A stretch of 64,000 nt of DNA from Anthoceros angustus (taxonomy: Eukaryota > Plantae > Anthocerotophyta): NCBI GenBank assembly GCA_010909165.1, contig MU008187.1, forward strand, positions 314,247-378,246. The letters run 5' to 3'. Under the pieces are notes generated by a model. It saw only the letters and a list, made by a program, of their open reading frames with translations. It was not told where the DNA came from and did not search any database. The first letter of the stretch is position 1; each line of letters begins with the position of its first letter. The position numbers and the translations under genes are program-made. Shown piece by piece: positions 63,331 to 64,000 of this stretch.

Positions 63331-64000
63331 TCATGGACACTCGAGTGCGGATCTGAGACCAACCTTTTCAGCAGCGGTTCTAGACACATAGTGATGAGTG
63401 GCACCAGAGTCTAGCAGGGCTGTGGCTCGGGCACCTTCTAGACCAACCTCTAGTTTGATGGGCACGCGGGTTAGGTAACCCTCTTGGACATTGGACTTTC
63501 GAGATTGCCTATGGCGGGTAACGACCCGCCATGTTGATGGCATGTCCACTCTTGGGAGGGTTTGGGGTAGGTTGGCTCACTCTGGTGGTCTTCCCGGTTT
63601 CTCTCAACCAGTTGATGAAGTCCTTGCGGAAAGGGCAGTTCTTTGAACCATGGTCCTGAGCCATGCAAGTAAAACACTTCCTCTTCTCACTGTATTCCCT
63701 CTTCTCTTCCTCCATCAGGATTTTGAAAGTTGGCTTCTTTTCTGACGCGTTGGCTGCCTTGTTCCACTTAGGCTTGGAGGGACCTGCAGAAGAGAGGTGT
63801 TTGTATTTGTTTGTACCGTAGTTGATGGGTGCCCGCATCGCTTCGACCAAAGTTGCTGGGTTCGTTTGGTTCACATCTGCTCTCATTTTGAATTTCAGTC
63901 CGTCGATGAATTTTTCGACTTTCTGCTCCTCATCCAGCCTGGGCATGTCAAGTGTAAGTTGGAGAAACTTATCACAGTATTCTTGTACGCTGCCTTGTTG
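63331..64000 (-). pseudogene. Gypsy gag C-terminus and protease
   Basis: QKVEKFIDGLK; CFTCMAQDHGSKNC zinc knuckle; ALLDSGATHHYVS. Confidence 0.88.

Larger units (their letters stand above)
58430..64000 (-). mobile_element. Ty3/Gypsy LTR retrotransposon (rearranged, runs off window)
   Basis: gag, PR, RT, RNase H, then integrase fragments ([29 protein letters not shown] at ~59300-59400 and ~60500), in Gypsy order. Confidence 0.92.

Overview
Plant nuclear DNA, most likely a fern (inferred from the PPR class and its PGQSWW box). It is mostly nested transposons around one clean host gene. From left to right: a Copia element (gag 3.3 kb to RNase H 38.5 kb) is split inside its protease D-S-G codons by a second Copia (4414-24851, 259/258-bp LTRs, CTCGG TSD). 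That inner Copia carries a GGG..CCC TIR element with a GACA TSD (5137-10984). Two copies of a ~10.4-kb TIR DNA transposon occur (12072-~22640 and 26248-36606, 28-bp perfect TIR). Each encodes a Sola-like DDD/E transposase on the minus strand and, divergently, a ParB-like/beta-class amino (N6A/N4C) DNA methyltransferase fusion. This prokaryote/phage-type cargo is the main candidate novel system. Further right are a ~4.4-5 kb tandem duplication with an empty versus filled solo-LTR site and a 1450-aa PLS-class PPR gene with an E/E+ end. The window closes with a LINE ORF1 remnant, an intronless CAMK-like kinase in an inverted duplication, CRE-type endonuclease fragments and a Ty3/Gypsy element. 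Caveat: many repeats show CAG/CTG to CG/CGG/CCG changes typical of unpolished nanopore consensus over CHG-methylated DNA. Most frameshifts and some short tandem duplications may therefore be artefacts, and coordinates of frameshifted ORFs are approximate.
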